Source of the DNA: a virus
Virus record (IMG/VR): IMGVR_UViG_3300006802_000094
Span: 5,284-69,283 of that record
Length of the DNA: 64,000 nucleotides
Reading direction: 5' to 3' (one strand)
Made by a program: the position numbers and the translations under genes. The notes below the pieces were generated by a model. That model was not told where the DNA came from. It saw only the letters and a list, made by a program, of their open reading frames with translations, and searched no databases. Positions 30,127 through 40,073 of the stretch are shown here, one piece after another. The stretch's first letter is position 1. Every line of letters starts with the position of its first letter.

Positions 30127-30785
30127 GTAATAATAAATTTGGTTTAAGAACGAGACTTGGTTTAATTAAAGAAATATCACAAGCAACCCAATCAGGTTCA
30201 TCACCAGTATCTCCTAAAGGTGCAATGCCCATACAAAGTGGACAAATTACAAGTTATGCGACTAATGATGATGGTGACTTACAACGTGGTAGATTAATAG
30301 ATTTTTTTACTTTACCCTATAATAACGGATTCAGTAATACAAATAGATTTACGGATGAATTAGGTACTCAAACATTTGCAAATAACATCGTAATAGATTG
30401 GTCTACTTGGGATGGTGGAACAGATGTATTAGGATATATTTTGAGTTTAAACAGTGATTCAAATAATACCACCCAAAATTGGGCAACGTGGATAAGTGGT
30501 CAACCTTATACTACTGATGGCTTTGGAGATTGGTATGTAGTAAATGTAGCCGAGTTAAATACTTTACTGAATTGGAGTTATACAACTGGTTTGAATGGGA
30601 CCCCATTTAATAACCCAACTGGTGGAGCTGGAAACTTTTGGACATCAACAACATATGCAGGTAATACTCTTAATGCATTTTATAAAAACAGAAATAACTG
30701 GGAGATAAGACAAGCAGCTAAAACTACTTTACTCAATTCAATGTGGGTAAGAACATTTACTTGGAATGGTAGTTCATTAACTTAA
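30123..30785 (+). CDS. DUF1566/Lcl-like (C-type-lectin fold) fibre-tip protein
   Basis: GQITSY...DDGDLQRG, DW....AEL..L, FWTSTT, C-terminal VR. Confidence 0.6.
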   Translation: MSNNKFGLRTRLGLIKEISQATQSGSSPVSPKGAMPIQSGQITSYATNDDGDLQRGRLIDFFTLPYNNGFSNTNRFTDELGTQTFANNIVIDWSTWDGGTDVLGYILSLNSDSNNTTQNWATWISGQPYTTDGFGDWYVVNVAELNTLLNWSYTTGLNGTPFNNPTGGAGNFWTSTTYAGNTLNAFYKNRNNWEIRQAAKTTLLNSMWVRTFTWNGSSLT

Positions 30786-30800
30786 AATAAATATAAAAAT

Positions 30801-31046
30801 ATGGCAACTTATAGATTCGAACAATTTAATTTAGATATAGTAAACCCAACTCTATTAGTAGATGAAGATACTATACACTTACAAGTATCTCAAAATACTA
30901 TTAGTGTAAATATAGTATTAGAAACTCCTACAACTAGATTTGGTGTATTATTAGAAAATATTCCAGTTGAGAATTTAAACTATGAGGGATATGAAAATCT
31001 AATATCTAGAGTAAATGAAAGACTAAGAGATTTTGAAGTGGTTTAA
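30801..31046 (+). CDS. hypothetical protein, possible fibre chaperone
   Basis: Last gene of the plus-strand cassette. Confidence 0.6.
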   Translation: MATYRFEQFNLDIVNPTLLVDEDTIHLQVSQNTISVNIVLETPTTRFGVLLENIPVENLNYEGYENLISRVNERLRDFEVV

Positions 31047-31085
31047 TAATAATTAAAGATGATAGTAATTTGTTCATATTTTAAA

Positions 31086-31409
31086 TTAATTTAACCCTAC
31101 CATAAATCCTTTTATGTTTTGGAAAATTTTATTTTCCTCATCTAACAAACCTGCTGTTTTTGCGACATCCTTATGATGTTCTTTCAAATAATTTTCATAT
31201 AGTTCTTTTAATATACCTAAAATTTGTTTTCGAGTTAACACTGGGTCACCAAAATTACTAAAATTATCAATGGATGTCTCAGTTAATTTTAACATAAAAC
31301 TTTCAAAGGTAACACCTGGTACTATAGACAACAATTCTTCTTTACTTTCTGGATTGTTATTAAAAAAATTTTGTATATTTTTACAATAAATTTCTACGTC
31401 TACATTCAT
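31086..31409 (-). CDS. hypothetical protein
   Basis: ORF. Confidence 0.7.
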   Translation of the reverse strand: MNVDVEIYCKNIQNFFNNNPESKEELLSIVPGVTFESFMLKLTETSIDNFSNFGDPVLTRKQILGILKELYENYLKEHHKDVAKTAGLLDEENKIFQNIKGFMVGLN

Positions 31410-31484
31410 TATTTTTAAATATTTTAAGTGTTAAAATAATAATACGTTATTTTATTTTAATTAACAACGATACGTAAAAAAAAA

Positions 31485-32840
31485 TTACATAACTGCAGTT
31501 AATTCACCACTATCAATTTTTTCTTTTAATCTAGGACCTAATTCTACTTTTGGATTATTTCTAATATTCAATACTTGTAAATTATTTAAGTCAGCTATAC
31601 TTTCTGGTAAACTTGTAAGTTCGGGATTATTAGGTATTGAAATAAAAGTTAAATTAGATAAATTACCTATTTCTTCTGGAATACTATTCAAAATACCTTC
31701 GATGTGTAAAATTTCTAAATTAGGGAAACTTAATATTTTTGGATGTAAGGGTTGAGATGCAACATCCATCCCATTAATTTTACCACTAACCTCAAAGTCA
31801 AATCTTTTTAAACTTTTTGGTAGTTTATCGAAAAATTCATCAAATCCATATAAACTAATAAATTTAGATACTTTATCGTTAGGATAACTTACTTTTACTT
31901 CGTCACCATAATCTTTATTTAAAAATTTTGCAAACTCATCTTTAAAAAATTCTCTTAATTCACTTAATTCTCCTCCCACAGATAACAGTTTTTGTAAGTC
32001 AACACTCCTATCGTCTACATCCATAAATTGATTTGATGGAAAATGGAATTGGTATTTTGGTCTTGGTTCACCTTCACCTTTTCCACCACTAGTTACAATA
32101 TCATTCTTATCTCTAATCATATATAATGGCCCATCTTTGGAATATCTTTCATAGTAATTCCAATTAGATGAAGCTGTACACCATCTAGTTAAAGGTGCTC
32201 CAGCCATGTCACAACTAACTGCTTTTGTTTTAGGTACTACTACTTCCCATCTATCACCATCATAAAGGTAATCAACTTCCTCACGTTTTCTTTTTTCTTT
32301 TTGTTCTGCTTTCGTAGTAGTAGCTTTTTCTAAAGAAAAATCTTTAGTTAGGTCATATAGTTCATCTACTGAATTTATTTTATTAATATCTCTTTTTTGT
32401 AAATCAATTTGATTTTTAAATCTATCAAATTTAATTAAGTCTTCCGTAGTTTTATATAAATCTTCTAAAAATAAATCTTGTAACGCTTTTAATTTCTTTT
32501 GGTAATCTGAATTTTTATCTGAACTATAATCAAAATATTCTTGTGCTTTTTGTTGTAAACCTAACCACTGTTTTATAATCCATTGTGAATATTTACCAAC
32601 CTTTTCTACGTTTAATTCATCTAAAACATTAGGGTCAATATTCTCATTATCACCTTCATATCTACTTAAAGGGTCAGCGATAACTAGTTTATCTAGTATT
32701 TCTTTGGGTATTTTAGGTGGTATAACTTTACCATTAGCTTTTTTCTTTGGTTTAGTATACCTATCCACTAAAACATCGTAACGTGACATTTCTTGTTCTA
32801 GTAACTCTCTTACTTCATTTAATAAATTTGTAAAACTCAT
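31485..32840 (-). CDS. protein with C-terminal leucine-rich repeats
   Basis: IPEEIGNLSNLTFI, LTSLPESIADLNNLQVLNIRNN; central TRWCTAS/KYQFHF domain; TATTTATA at 32861-32868. Confidence 0.8.
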   Translation of the reverse strand: MSFTNLLNEVRELLEQEMSRYDVLVDRYTKPKKKANGKVIPPKIPKEILDKLVIADPLSRYEGDNENIDPNVLDELNVEKVGKYSQWIIKQWLGLQQKAQEYFDYSSDKNSDYQKKLKALQDLFLEDLYKTTEDLIKFDRFKNQIDLQKRDINKINSVDELYDLTKDFSLEKATTTKAEQKEKRKREEVDYLYDGDRWEVVVPKTKAVSCDMAGAPLTRWCTASSNWNYYERYSKDGPLYMIRDKNDIVTSGGKGEGEPRPKYQFHFPSNQFMDVDDRSVDLQKLLSVGGELSELREFFKDEFAKFLNKDYGDEVKVSYPNDKVSKFISLYGFDEFFDKLPKSLKRFDFEVSGKINGMDVASQPLHPKILSFPNLEILHIEGILNSIPEEIGNLSNLTFISIPNNPELTSLPESIADLNNLQVLNIRNNPKVELGPRLKEKIDSGELTAVM

Positions 32841-32889
32841 TTTTAAATCTTTTATTTAATTATAAATATTCTATTTATATAATAAATAT

Positions 32890-32915
32890 AAAAAAAGGGA
32901 GTTATAACTCCCTTT
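32890..32915 (-). terminator. intrinsic terminator
   Basis: AAAGGGAGTT/AACTCCCTTT plus U tract. Confidence 0.8.
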
Positions 32916-32937
32916 AGTTTAAAACAAATTACTTGTT

Positions 32938-33225
32938 TTACTCACACACAAGATTGTATCTTTTGATTAGTGTTTTAGAGACTTGGTGTTCATTACCTTC
33001 TTCACAAGTTAATAAAAAAGCTTTTTTGATTGCTTCATAACTACCTTTAAGATTAGATTCTACCAATTTTTTACCAATGTAAACTCTACCCTCACAACTG
33101 CCTTTTTTTGTGGTAGTACTAGAAAATCTTCTTTCAACGCTCCCACGTTTAACGACTTCTCTAATATCATATTTACCAATCTTACAAATGTGGTTTCCCA
33201 TTTTTTCTTTTTTAGTAGCTCTCAT
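32938..33225 (-). CDS. hypothetical early protein
   Basis: ORF with its own promoter and terminator. Confidence 0.65.
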   Translation of the reverse strand: MRATKKEKMGNHICKIGKYDIREVVKRGSVERRFSSTTTKKGSCEGRVYIGKKLVESNLKGSYEAIKKAFLLTCEEGNEHQVSKTLIKRYNLVCE

Positions 33226-33261
33226 TTAAATTTTATTTTTTATGGTTATTAATCTCTCTTA

Positions 33262-33293
33262 CAAATATAACTATTACTTTTCGATAAAACAAA
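33262..33293 (-). promoter_or_regulatory. Bacteroidota-type promoter
   Basis: TTTG-N20-TATATTTG. Confidence 0.75.
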
Positions 33294-33316
33294 ATATTTT
33301 ATATTGTTTTTTTAAT

Positions 33317-34486
33317 TTACCTACCAACATCTTTTAAATATTTTATTTTCATATTATCCCAAGATATTCCTATAGCGTCCCAATAAAATAATGTTTCTGG
33401 TTTTAATCTATTTTGTTTGTGTAAAGTTTCGTACCTCCTAACTGCTTTTTTCTTCCACCACTTTTCAGTATATGGAATATCTTCTTCAAACTTTAACTTT
33501 AATTTAAGTTCATCCTCACTTATTTCTCCTCTAAGAAACTCATTTCCATTTTCATACATCATAGCCAGATAAACACCTCTTTTAAATCCGTGGTCATAAT
33601 CAGAAGCTTTAATACCACAATGTTTAAACACTTTATTTATGATATTTTGTTTTGGTCCTGTAGCTTTTATAGCTTTTTTATGTTCATCTGGATAATTTTC
33701 TTTTAACCATTGGTTCCAAGGTAAATAAACACTATCATCTGGTTTTAATCTTACTTTACCTGTAGTTTCACCCATAGTTTTAAAATGTGGTATCCCATTA
33801 TACATTGAGTTTATACCATATAAAGAAGTTGTACCAACAGCTATTAATTTGTTACCATATTTACTTTCCCAAGATTCTCTAATCGTTTTACAAGTTGTTA
33901 AAGAGGCAACTAACTTTCCCATTAACATATTAAACCCACCTGGTTGTGTACTACATATTGTAGTTGCTATAGCAGTACAATTTAATTTACCTTGGTCAAA
34001 TTTATTTACTTTATCCCAACCAATGTATTCATCTCTTACTTTTATACTAGTAACATCAGAACCTAAACATATTAATCCTAAGACTTTTTCTGTTTTTTTG
34101 TCTTTAACCCAAAATTTCATGTTTCTACCTGGATTTGCGACCCATTCCATAGTATGTATTAACTTTCTATAGTTAACCCATTCAGTAACACCTTTACCTT
34201 CAGTTGCCATAACAACATAAGGTTCTAAATCCATTATCTCTTTAATAGTTAGGTCTAAATCATTTATGTCTGTAGGCTCCCATAAATTATTTTTATAAGT
34301 TAATAATTTTTTTTTAATTTTTGACATCTTATCACCCTTATTCATTTCTTGCCACTTTTTATATAAGGTTTGTTCTTCGACTGTCATATCCTTCAACATA
34401 TCAAGATTTTCAATTAATTTTTCTTTCATTAATTCAAAATCAAAAACTTCTTTTTCCTCACCAAATAAATTTAATTGTTCTTCCAT
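33317..34486 (-). CDS. DUF4338/DruA-like protein
   Basis: NPGRN.KF.V.D, LGSD...RD.YIGW, GFNMLMGKLVA, TTSLYG..SMYNG. Confidence 0.6.
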   Translation of the reverse strand: MEEQLNLFGEEKEVFDFELMKEKLIENLDMLKDMTVEEQTLYKKWQEMNKGDKMSKIKKKLLTYKNNLWEPTDINDLDLTIKEIMDLEPYVVMATEGKGVTEWVNYRKLIHTMEWVANPGRNMKFWVKDKKTEKVLGLICLGSDVTSIKVRDEYIGWDKVNKFDQGKLNCTAIATTICSTQPGGFNMLMGKLVASLTTCKTIRESWESKYGNKLIAVGTTSLYGINSMYNGIPHFKTMGETTGKVRLKPDDSVYLPWNQWLKENYPDEHKKAIKATGPKQNIINKVFKHCGIKASDYDHGFKRGVYLAMMYENGNEFLRGEISEDELKLKLKFEEDIPYTEKWWKKKAVRRYETLHKQNRLKPETLFYWDAIGISWDNMKIKYLKDVGR

Positions 34487-34671
34487 TAAAATATACTTTC
34501 TACTAATTTTTTTAAATCCATAACTAATCTTATACTACCATACACTGCTAAAATTGTATACAAAACTATCACTAATTTAACTATTGTAGGCATATTTTCG
34601 TCTTCTAATTTTAAATTATTTAAATCATTTATTGGTTTCTTTTTACAACCACTACATTTCTTTTTTTCCAT
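34486..34671 (-). CDS. small membrane protein with CxxC
   Basis: CSGCKK plus C-terminal TM segment. Confidence 0.65.
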   Translation of the reverse strand: MEKKKCSGCKKKPINDLNNLKLEDENMPTIVKLVIVLYTILAVYGSIRLVMDLKKLVESIF

Positions 34672-35624
34672 TAACTAAAATTTTTTTCTTTTTTTAACTC
34701 ACCCAATAATTCTTTTTCTTTATCAGTTAATTTTTTAGGATTTATTGGATTTAAGAATACAAATAAATCACCTTTAAAACCTTGTGAGTCATAAAACCCT
34801 TTTTCTTTAACTCTTAGTGGTTTTTTAAAATCTGAATTTTCTGGTACGTTTATTTTTATCGGACCATCAAAATGGTTTACGACTATCTCTTTACCTAAAC
34901 AAATATCTACAAAGTTAATGTCTTCAGTATAATGTAATTGTTCTGCTGCACGTTTAAACAATTTATGTGGTAATATTGTAATTTTTATTAATAAATCACC
35001 ATCAATTCCTCCCCATACAGCATTTCCCTTACCTCTTAATTTCATTAATAATCCATCATCAATACCTCTAGGTATTTTAAATTTAACTTCTTCTTTTTTA
35101 TGAAAACCACCACCTTCAAAACCATTACCACCACAACTACTACAAACAGTACTAATCATTTGTTTGAATGGACCTTGTTGTATCATTTGATTAATAGACC
35201 CATTACCTTGGCATGTTACACACATTTTATTATTGGTACTAACTCGGTTAAAACTAATAGTTTTTTCATTACCAAAATAAGAATCTTCTAGTGTTATATT
35301 TAAATTATAATTTAAATCCCTACCTCTTTTTGTCCTCGTAGTTGAACCAAATCCACCTCTTCCACCAAACATGTTACTAAACGCACTAAAAGGGTCGTAA
35401 CCACCACCAAATAAATCTTCTAAGTTTATCCCACCATTATCATATTCCCTTCTTTTCTGTTCATCACTTAAAATACTGTAAGCTTCAGAAATTTCTTTAA
35501 ATTTTTCTTCACCATCTGGATTTTTATCTGGATGATACTTTAATGAAAGTTTACGATAACTTTTTTTTATTTCTTCTTGTGTTGCCTCTTTACTTACACC
35601 TAATATTTCATAATAATTTTTCAT
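34671..35624 (-). CDS. dnaJ: DnaJ chaperone (two CxxCxGxG motifs only)
   Basis: YYEILGV, HPD, G/F region, [21 protein letters not shown]; likely start 35624. Confidence 0.92.
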   Translation of the reverse strand: MKNYYEILGVSKEATQEEIKKSYRKLSLKYHPDKNPDGEEKFKEISEAYSILSDEQKRREYDNGGINLEDLFGGGYDPFSAFSNMFGGRGGFGSTTRTKRGRDLNYNLNITLEDSYFGNEKTISFNRVSTNNKMCVTCQGNGSINQMIQQGPFKQMISTVCSSCGGNGFEGGGFHKKEEVKFKIPRGIDDGLLMKLRGKGNAVWGGIDGDLLIKITILPHKLFKRAAEQLHYTEDINFVDICLGKEIVVNHFDGPIKINVPENSDFKKPLRVKEKGFYDSQGFKGDLFVFLNPINPKKLTDKEKELLGELKKEKNFS

Positions 35625-36257
35625 ATGAGTGGTACTAAATATCAAATAGTTTTATTTAACAACAAATCTAAAAAAAGAATTGTTGCAACTTCTAATGTCT
35701 TTGGTAATATTAATAAAAAATACAAAGAAATACATAAAAAATCAAATGTTATATTCCCATTAAAATATACCAATAAAATAGAATGTAAATTTGAATTAGC
35801 TTTAGTCTGTGTGGGTAAATGTAAAAACACCACAATTCATCGTAGGGATGAACTTGGTAGATTAACTAAGGTCACCATGAAAGATGAAAATTATCAGATA
35901 ATTAAAATTCAACCTTTCGATATTGAAGAAAAAATATATGACCACCAATTGGAGAAACGTATAGAATTTATGGAATTGTATGAAAGATACTTAAACGTTA
36001 AAAATATTATTCAAATATTTTCATTAAACAATAAAATAGTAATACAAAATAATGATTTGTTTTACTTGTTTAGTTTAAAAAATGTTAGTGAATCTTCTAG
36101 ATTTTTATCTTGTATAAAAAAATTCTTTATGGAAAATGGTAAGTATAATTATTTAATTAGTAGAGATTTATCTACAATACAAAGAAAAGAATTATATACA
36201 TTGTTAGAAGGTAAAGGTTTCTCAAAAAAATTATTGTATAAACATTATACTTATTAA
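35625..36257 (+). CDS. hypothetical protein
   Basis: 210-aa ORF abutting dnaJ head-to-head. Confidence 0.75.
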   Translation: MSGTKYQIVLFNNKSKKRIVATSNVFGNINKKYKEIHKKSNVIFPLKYTNKIECKFELALVCVGKCKNTTIHRRDELGRLTKVTMKDENYQIIKIQPFDIEEKIYDHQLEKRIEFMELYERYLNVKNIIQIFSLNNKIVIQNNDLFYLFSLKNVSESSRFLSCIKKFFMENGKYNYLISRDLSTIQRKELYTLLEGKGFSKKLLYKHYTY

Positions 36258-36679
36258 TCGTTATCTTCTAATGTAAAGGTCACTTTAATCTCATTGATTT
36301 CAACATCAAAAGAGGGTGGGATATCTATAATTTCAGCTTCTTCACCCAATTTAATTCTTTCTACTTCTTTTAAAACTTTAACATATGTGTTAGTCGTTAA
36401 AGTAAAATTCATTTCAGCTTTTGTTGGTTGAAAAGGTAAGTTGTCAGAAAGATTTAGGAGAGACGCTAAATATCCCTCCATAATCTTAGGTTTGTTTTCT
36501 TCAGCCTTTTCTTTTAAATATCTTTCACTAAATTGTGGCATATTTAATTTTTGTTTATCAAATACAGGTAATTCTTTTTTAATTTTCTGTATTGTTTTAT
36601 TTTTGTGGTTCAATATTTGGCTATCGTCATTTTTTATCTGTTTCTGTAACCACTGCAGACTCTTCGTTATGTTTCCCAT
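36254..36679 (-). CDS. hypothetical protein
   Basis: ORF. Confidence 0.65.
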   Translation of the reverse strand: MGNITKSLQWLQKQIKNDDSQILNHKNKTIQKIKKELPVFDKQKLNMPQFSERYLKEKAEENKPKIMEGYLASLLNLSDNLPFQPTKAEMNFTLTTNTYVKVLKEVERIKLGEEAEIIDIPPSFDVEINEIKVTFTLEDND

Positions 36680-37082
36680 CAGATTTTGTTTCTTTTAATT
36701 CAGGTAAGTCAACATATTCTTTATGGTTAAAGGTAATGCTTTTTAACTCTTCCAAATTTTTAGACATGAACAACCTTTCTAGTTCTTCTTTTTTCTGAAT
36801 TAATAGTTTTTGTTTTTCTTCTTCATCTTGGTTTATTTTAATTATCTTTAAAACCTCACTTTCCAAAAAACTAACTTCATCTTTGGTATTTAAACAAAAT
36901 AAAGATATTACGAAGCTTTCGTTAGAATTTTTATTAATTTTGATAGCTATCTTCTCTTTATCATATAAACCTTCATATCTCCAATTGTGTGGAAACATTA
37001 AATCCAAAATAAAGTATTTTTCGTGTGTACGTATACTATAAAAGCTTTTACCTAACTTTTGTATGTTTTCAAATAAATTCAT
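36627..37082 (-). CDS. hypothetical protein
   Basis: ORF. Confidence 0.7.
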   Translation of the reverse strand: MNLFENIQKLGKSFYSIRTHEKYFILDLMFPHNWRYEGLYDKEKIAIKINKNSNESFVISLFCLNTKDEVSFLESEVLKIIKINQDEEEKQKLLIQKKEELERLFMSKNLEELKSITFNHKEYVDLPELKETKSDGKHNEESAVVTETDKK

Positions 37083-37274
37083 TTAAAAAAATATATATGT
37101 AAAAAAATAAGATACCATAAAATAAATTATTATTTCATCCACAGCAATATCTTTATAATATCTCATTTTCATTTTTTTAGGTGGATTACTAAAAAGATTA
37201 AGTATAAATGTAGTTATATATCTTATTATTAATACTATAGATAATAAAAATAAAAACCCAGTTAACATTCCCAT
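37083..37274 (-). CDS. small membrane protein
   Basis: Two hydrophobic segments. Confidence 0.6.
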   Translation of the reverse strand: MGMLTGFLFLLSIVLIIRYITTFILNLFSNPPKKMKMRYYKDIAVDEIIIYFMVSYFFTYIFF

Positions 37275-37278
37275 ATTA

Positions 37279-37452
37279 CTACTCTTTATTAGCTTCCAAA
37301 ATTTGTTTTCTTAAATCTTGGCATAAAGTTTTGATTTCTTGAGATATTTTTCTTGCTCTGATACCAGCACTTTTGTTTTTATTTTCAAAAAATTTAGTGC
37401 TGTCTACTGACAAACTTTCTACTAATTCTTTAATTCTTGATAAAGTTTCCAT
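37279..37452 (-). CDS. Bacteroidota histone H1-like (Hc1-like) small protein (57 aa, not in track)
   Basis: METLSRIKELVESLSVDSTKFFENKNKSAGIRARKISQEIKTLCQDLRKQILEANKE*; NKSAGxRARK signature. Confidence 0.75.
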   Translation of the reverse strand: METLSRIKELVESLSVDSTKFFENKNKSAGIRARKISQEIKTLCQDLRKQILEANKE

Positions 37453-37535
37453 TATATTTTAATTTTAATCTTATTAATATATACGATTTACGTATATGAA
37501 AAAAAAAATACTCATGGAATACTGATAAGTCAACT

Positions 37536-38003
37536 TTATTTGATGAGATTATTATCTAAAGTTTTGTATAAATCAGTATAAATGTCTAGTTCTGACTTAG
37601 TTTTTGGGTCGTTGATTATAAATAATGTACTAAAAAACTTATCTACTTTATCAATAATTAGTTCACTATCGTTGGTATAAAATGATTCTAAAAAGAAATT
37701 CCAAAAATATTCAAAATGACTTCCTTTATCGTTAAAGTTAATGTTTTCTTTTTTTAGGTCATTTATGACTTTTGTCCAGCACCAAGAAAAATGATTTTTA
37801 ATTTCCTCATCTTTTATTATGTCAGAACCTAAATAAGTTTTATCTACCAAAACATAAAGTGATTTTATAAAATAAAAAAATAGTTCAGATTTTTCTTGTA
37901 AAATATCATTAGCTTTAAACCAAATATCTAAATCTTTTTTAGGTATAGGTTCACTAACATATCTATAAAATTCTATAGGTGAAAATTTTCTTTTATCTTC
38001 CAT
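37536..38003 (-). CDS. hypothetical protein
   Basis: ORF; TATTTATA at 38007-38014. Confidence 0.75.
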   Translation of the reverse strand: MEDKRKFSPIEFYRYVSEPIPKKDLDIWFKANDILQEKSELFFYFIKSLYVLVDKTYLGSDIIKDEEIKNHFSWCWTKVINDLKKENINFNDKGSHFEYFWNFFLESFYTNDSELIIDKVDKFFSTLFIINDPKTKSELDIYTDLYKTLDNNLIK

Positions 38004-38059
38004 ACCTATAAATATATGTTCTAACGTGTGTTTAATAAAGATTACTTTATTATTAAGAC

Positions 38060-38090
38060 AAAAAAAATCCGATATTATATCGGATTTTTT
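38060..38090. terminator. intrinsic terminator
   Basis: AAAAAATCCGATA/TATCGGATTTTTT. Confidence 0.8.
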
Positions 38091-38105
38091 ATGTGAGTGA
38101 GATGT

Positions 38106-38852
38106 TTATCTTCTTCTTCTAAGTTCTTTTTTAACTTCTTCTAAAATAAAATTTTTCTGATTTTTATTTTTAATTCCTTCTTTTAAAACATTAGTGGTTA
38201 ATTCATTTATAGCTTCAGCTACCATATAATTAGGGTTTTGTTTTCTGTCACCATACTTATTAGGTATCGCTTTAGCCCATTTATCACTACTTAATTTTCT
38301 ATATTTTCTTTTAGTTTGTTTTTGAATTTTGTCACCCAATCTAGAAGGTACTACATTACCTACTTGTTGGTTTGTGGTATCCATACCAGTGTTATTTCCA
38401 GTTCTAGTAGACCCATTTATATAATCATTAACTTGGTCTTCGAATTGTTTATTAGGTTTGTTCTGATATTGTATATTATTTAATCCCATTCCTCTCCAAT
38501 CTTCAATATATTCTTCTTGGTCAGTACTATTTCTATACATTGGTGAATTATAGTCTGTTCTTGAATTATTTTGGTGTGGGAATTCTGGTTTTGAATTATT
38601 TTTAAAATCTAAGTACTTTTGAATTTTATCTGAAACCAAATCCATAGCATAATCATTGGAAGCTTTAGAATCTTTTAAAGCTCTATTAGTGATTGTATAA
38701 CCTGGAAAATTGTAAGTATCCTTAGCTTGTTCTTGGATACGTTTTTTCATTTTATTTTTAAATATCTCTCTTTCCACAATTGGTTTGAGTTCATTTTCAA
38801 AAATCTTTTGGATTTCTGGTCTTAGTTTTTTATTCACTTTAATTCTAGACAT
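38106..38852 (-). CDS. putative internal virion protein
   Basis: Several IQE/INE/LKE/ILE motifs; TATTTATA at 38873-38880. Confidence 0.7.
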   Translation of the reverse strand: MSRIKVNKKLRPEIQKIFENELKPIVEREIFKNKMKKRIQEQAKDTYNFPGYTITNRALKDSKASNDYAMDLVSDKIQKYLDFKNNSKPEFPHQNNSRTDYNSPMYRNSTDQEEYIEDWRGMGLNNIQYQNKPNKQFEDQVNDYINGSTRTGNNTGMDTTNQQVGNVVPSRLGDKIQKQTKRKYRKLSSDKWAKAIPNKYGDRKQNPNYMVAEAINELTTNVLKEGIKNKNQKNFILEEVKKELRRRR

Positions 38853-38891
38853 AATCTTACTATTTTATATTATATAAATATATCTTAATTT

Positions 38892-39761
38892 TCATTCATA
38901 CTTAGGTTTGTTACCTTTAGTTGAATAAATTTGACCTATTGGTTTATTCATCTTTGTATTTCCAACTAATGATGTTATAGGGGACTGATAAAACCCTCTT
39001 CTAATCATTTCTTCAATTTCTTCTTTAGTATATTTTTTTTTATTTTTTTTGTAGGGTTCCATTTTTTTATCTTGATACTTTTTCATATCTCGTCTAAATA
39101 TACTCTCCATTTCCTGTAACATTATACTTTTTAAATAATTTACAGATTTATTAGTTTTATTAGAAACCCTTTTTAATATTTCATTTAAACTTTTATCCTC
39201 ATAAAATTCTAAAGCACTTGTACTACCTTGGTCACAGTATGGGAATTTTCTACATTTTTCTTTTACTCTAACATATTTTGCTCCAGGTCCACCATATCGT
39301 GGAAAATTTGGGTCTTGAACTGCTTTCCAATTTTTATAATCTTTTGCCCATATAGCTGGTTGTGAATAAGCTCCAACGTTAATTTCATCTAACTCTGATT
39401 CATTATTAAGTTGTTTACACATACCTTGTTGTGGTTCCCACCCCATAGGAGCTACGAAAGCTCCAGCTGAAGATGCACCAGTAACTTCATCAATTTCCTC
39501 GTCATTATCAAATTCCTCATTATTAAGTTGTCTGCACATGCCTTGTTGTGGTTCCCATCCCATGGGAGCTACGAAAGCTCCAGCTGAAGATGCACCAGTA
39601 ACTTCATCAATTTCCTCATCTTTATTAAGTGCTTCATTCGCAACTCTCATTAATTCATTTCTAGCTTTTACAGCTTCAGCACCAGTACGAGGACCTAATT
39701 TCTGACTAACATCTGAAATCATACTTTCCATATTATTTTTATATTTTTTTAAAGCGTCCAT
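38892..39761 (-). CDS. putative internal virion protein with a 39-aa tandem duplication
   Basis: Repeat DEEIDEVTGASSAGAFVAPMGWEPQQGMCxQLNNE; CRKFPYCDQG domain. Confidence 0.75.
   Translation of the reverse strand: MDALKKYKNNMESMISDVSQKLGPRTGAEAVKARNELMRVANEALNKDEEIDEVTGASSAGAFVAPMGWEPQQGMCRQLNNEEFDNDEEIDEVTGASSAGAFVAPMGWEPQQGMCKQLNNESELDEINVGAYSQPAIWAKDYKNWKAVQDPNFPRYGGPGAKYVRVKEKCRKFPYCDQGSTSALEFYEDKSLNEILKRVSNKTNKSVNYLKSIMLQEMESIFRRDMKKYQDKKMEPYKKNKKKYTKEEIEEMIRRGFYQSPITSLVGNTKMNKPIGQIYSTKGNKPKYE
39400..39620. repeat. intragenic tandem duplication, period 117 nt
   Basis: 39400-39503 nearly identical to 39517-39620. Confidence 0.9.
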
Positions 39762-39763
39762 AT

Positions 39764-40021
39764 CTACTTAACATTTTTAATTTGGCTGTCCCAAAAATTT
39801 CTTCTTAACCAAAAAGTTTTATATAATTCTATGAGTACCTTAGTACTAACATCAACCACTTCTGAACGGTGAGTTTTGGATAAATTACTATTTTTCTTTT
39901 TTAATTCTTTTTCAACAACGTCCACAACATCTTTTTCAAAACTGGCTGACTTAAGAAAATCTTTAATTTCTTTTTTAGCTATTCTTTCTATTTCTTTTTT
40001 ATCTGTTTTAGTGAGTGCCAT
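39764..40021 (-). CDS. hypothetical protein
   Basis: ORF; TATTTATA at 40039-40046. Confidence 0.7.
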   Translation of the reverse strand: MALTKTDKKEIERIAKKEIKDFLKSASFEKDVVDVVEKELKKKNSNLSKTHRSEVVDVSTKVLIELYKTFWLRRNFWDSQIKNVK

Positions 40022-40073
40022 TATGTGATATTATATAATATAAATACTACGAACATTCATATTATTCTATATA

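Noticed and set aside
33317-34486. Complete Druantia defence system
   Set aside because: Only a DruA/DUF4338-like gene is present; no large helicase or other partners in the window.
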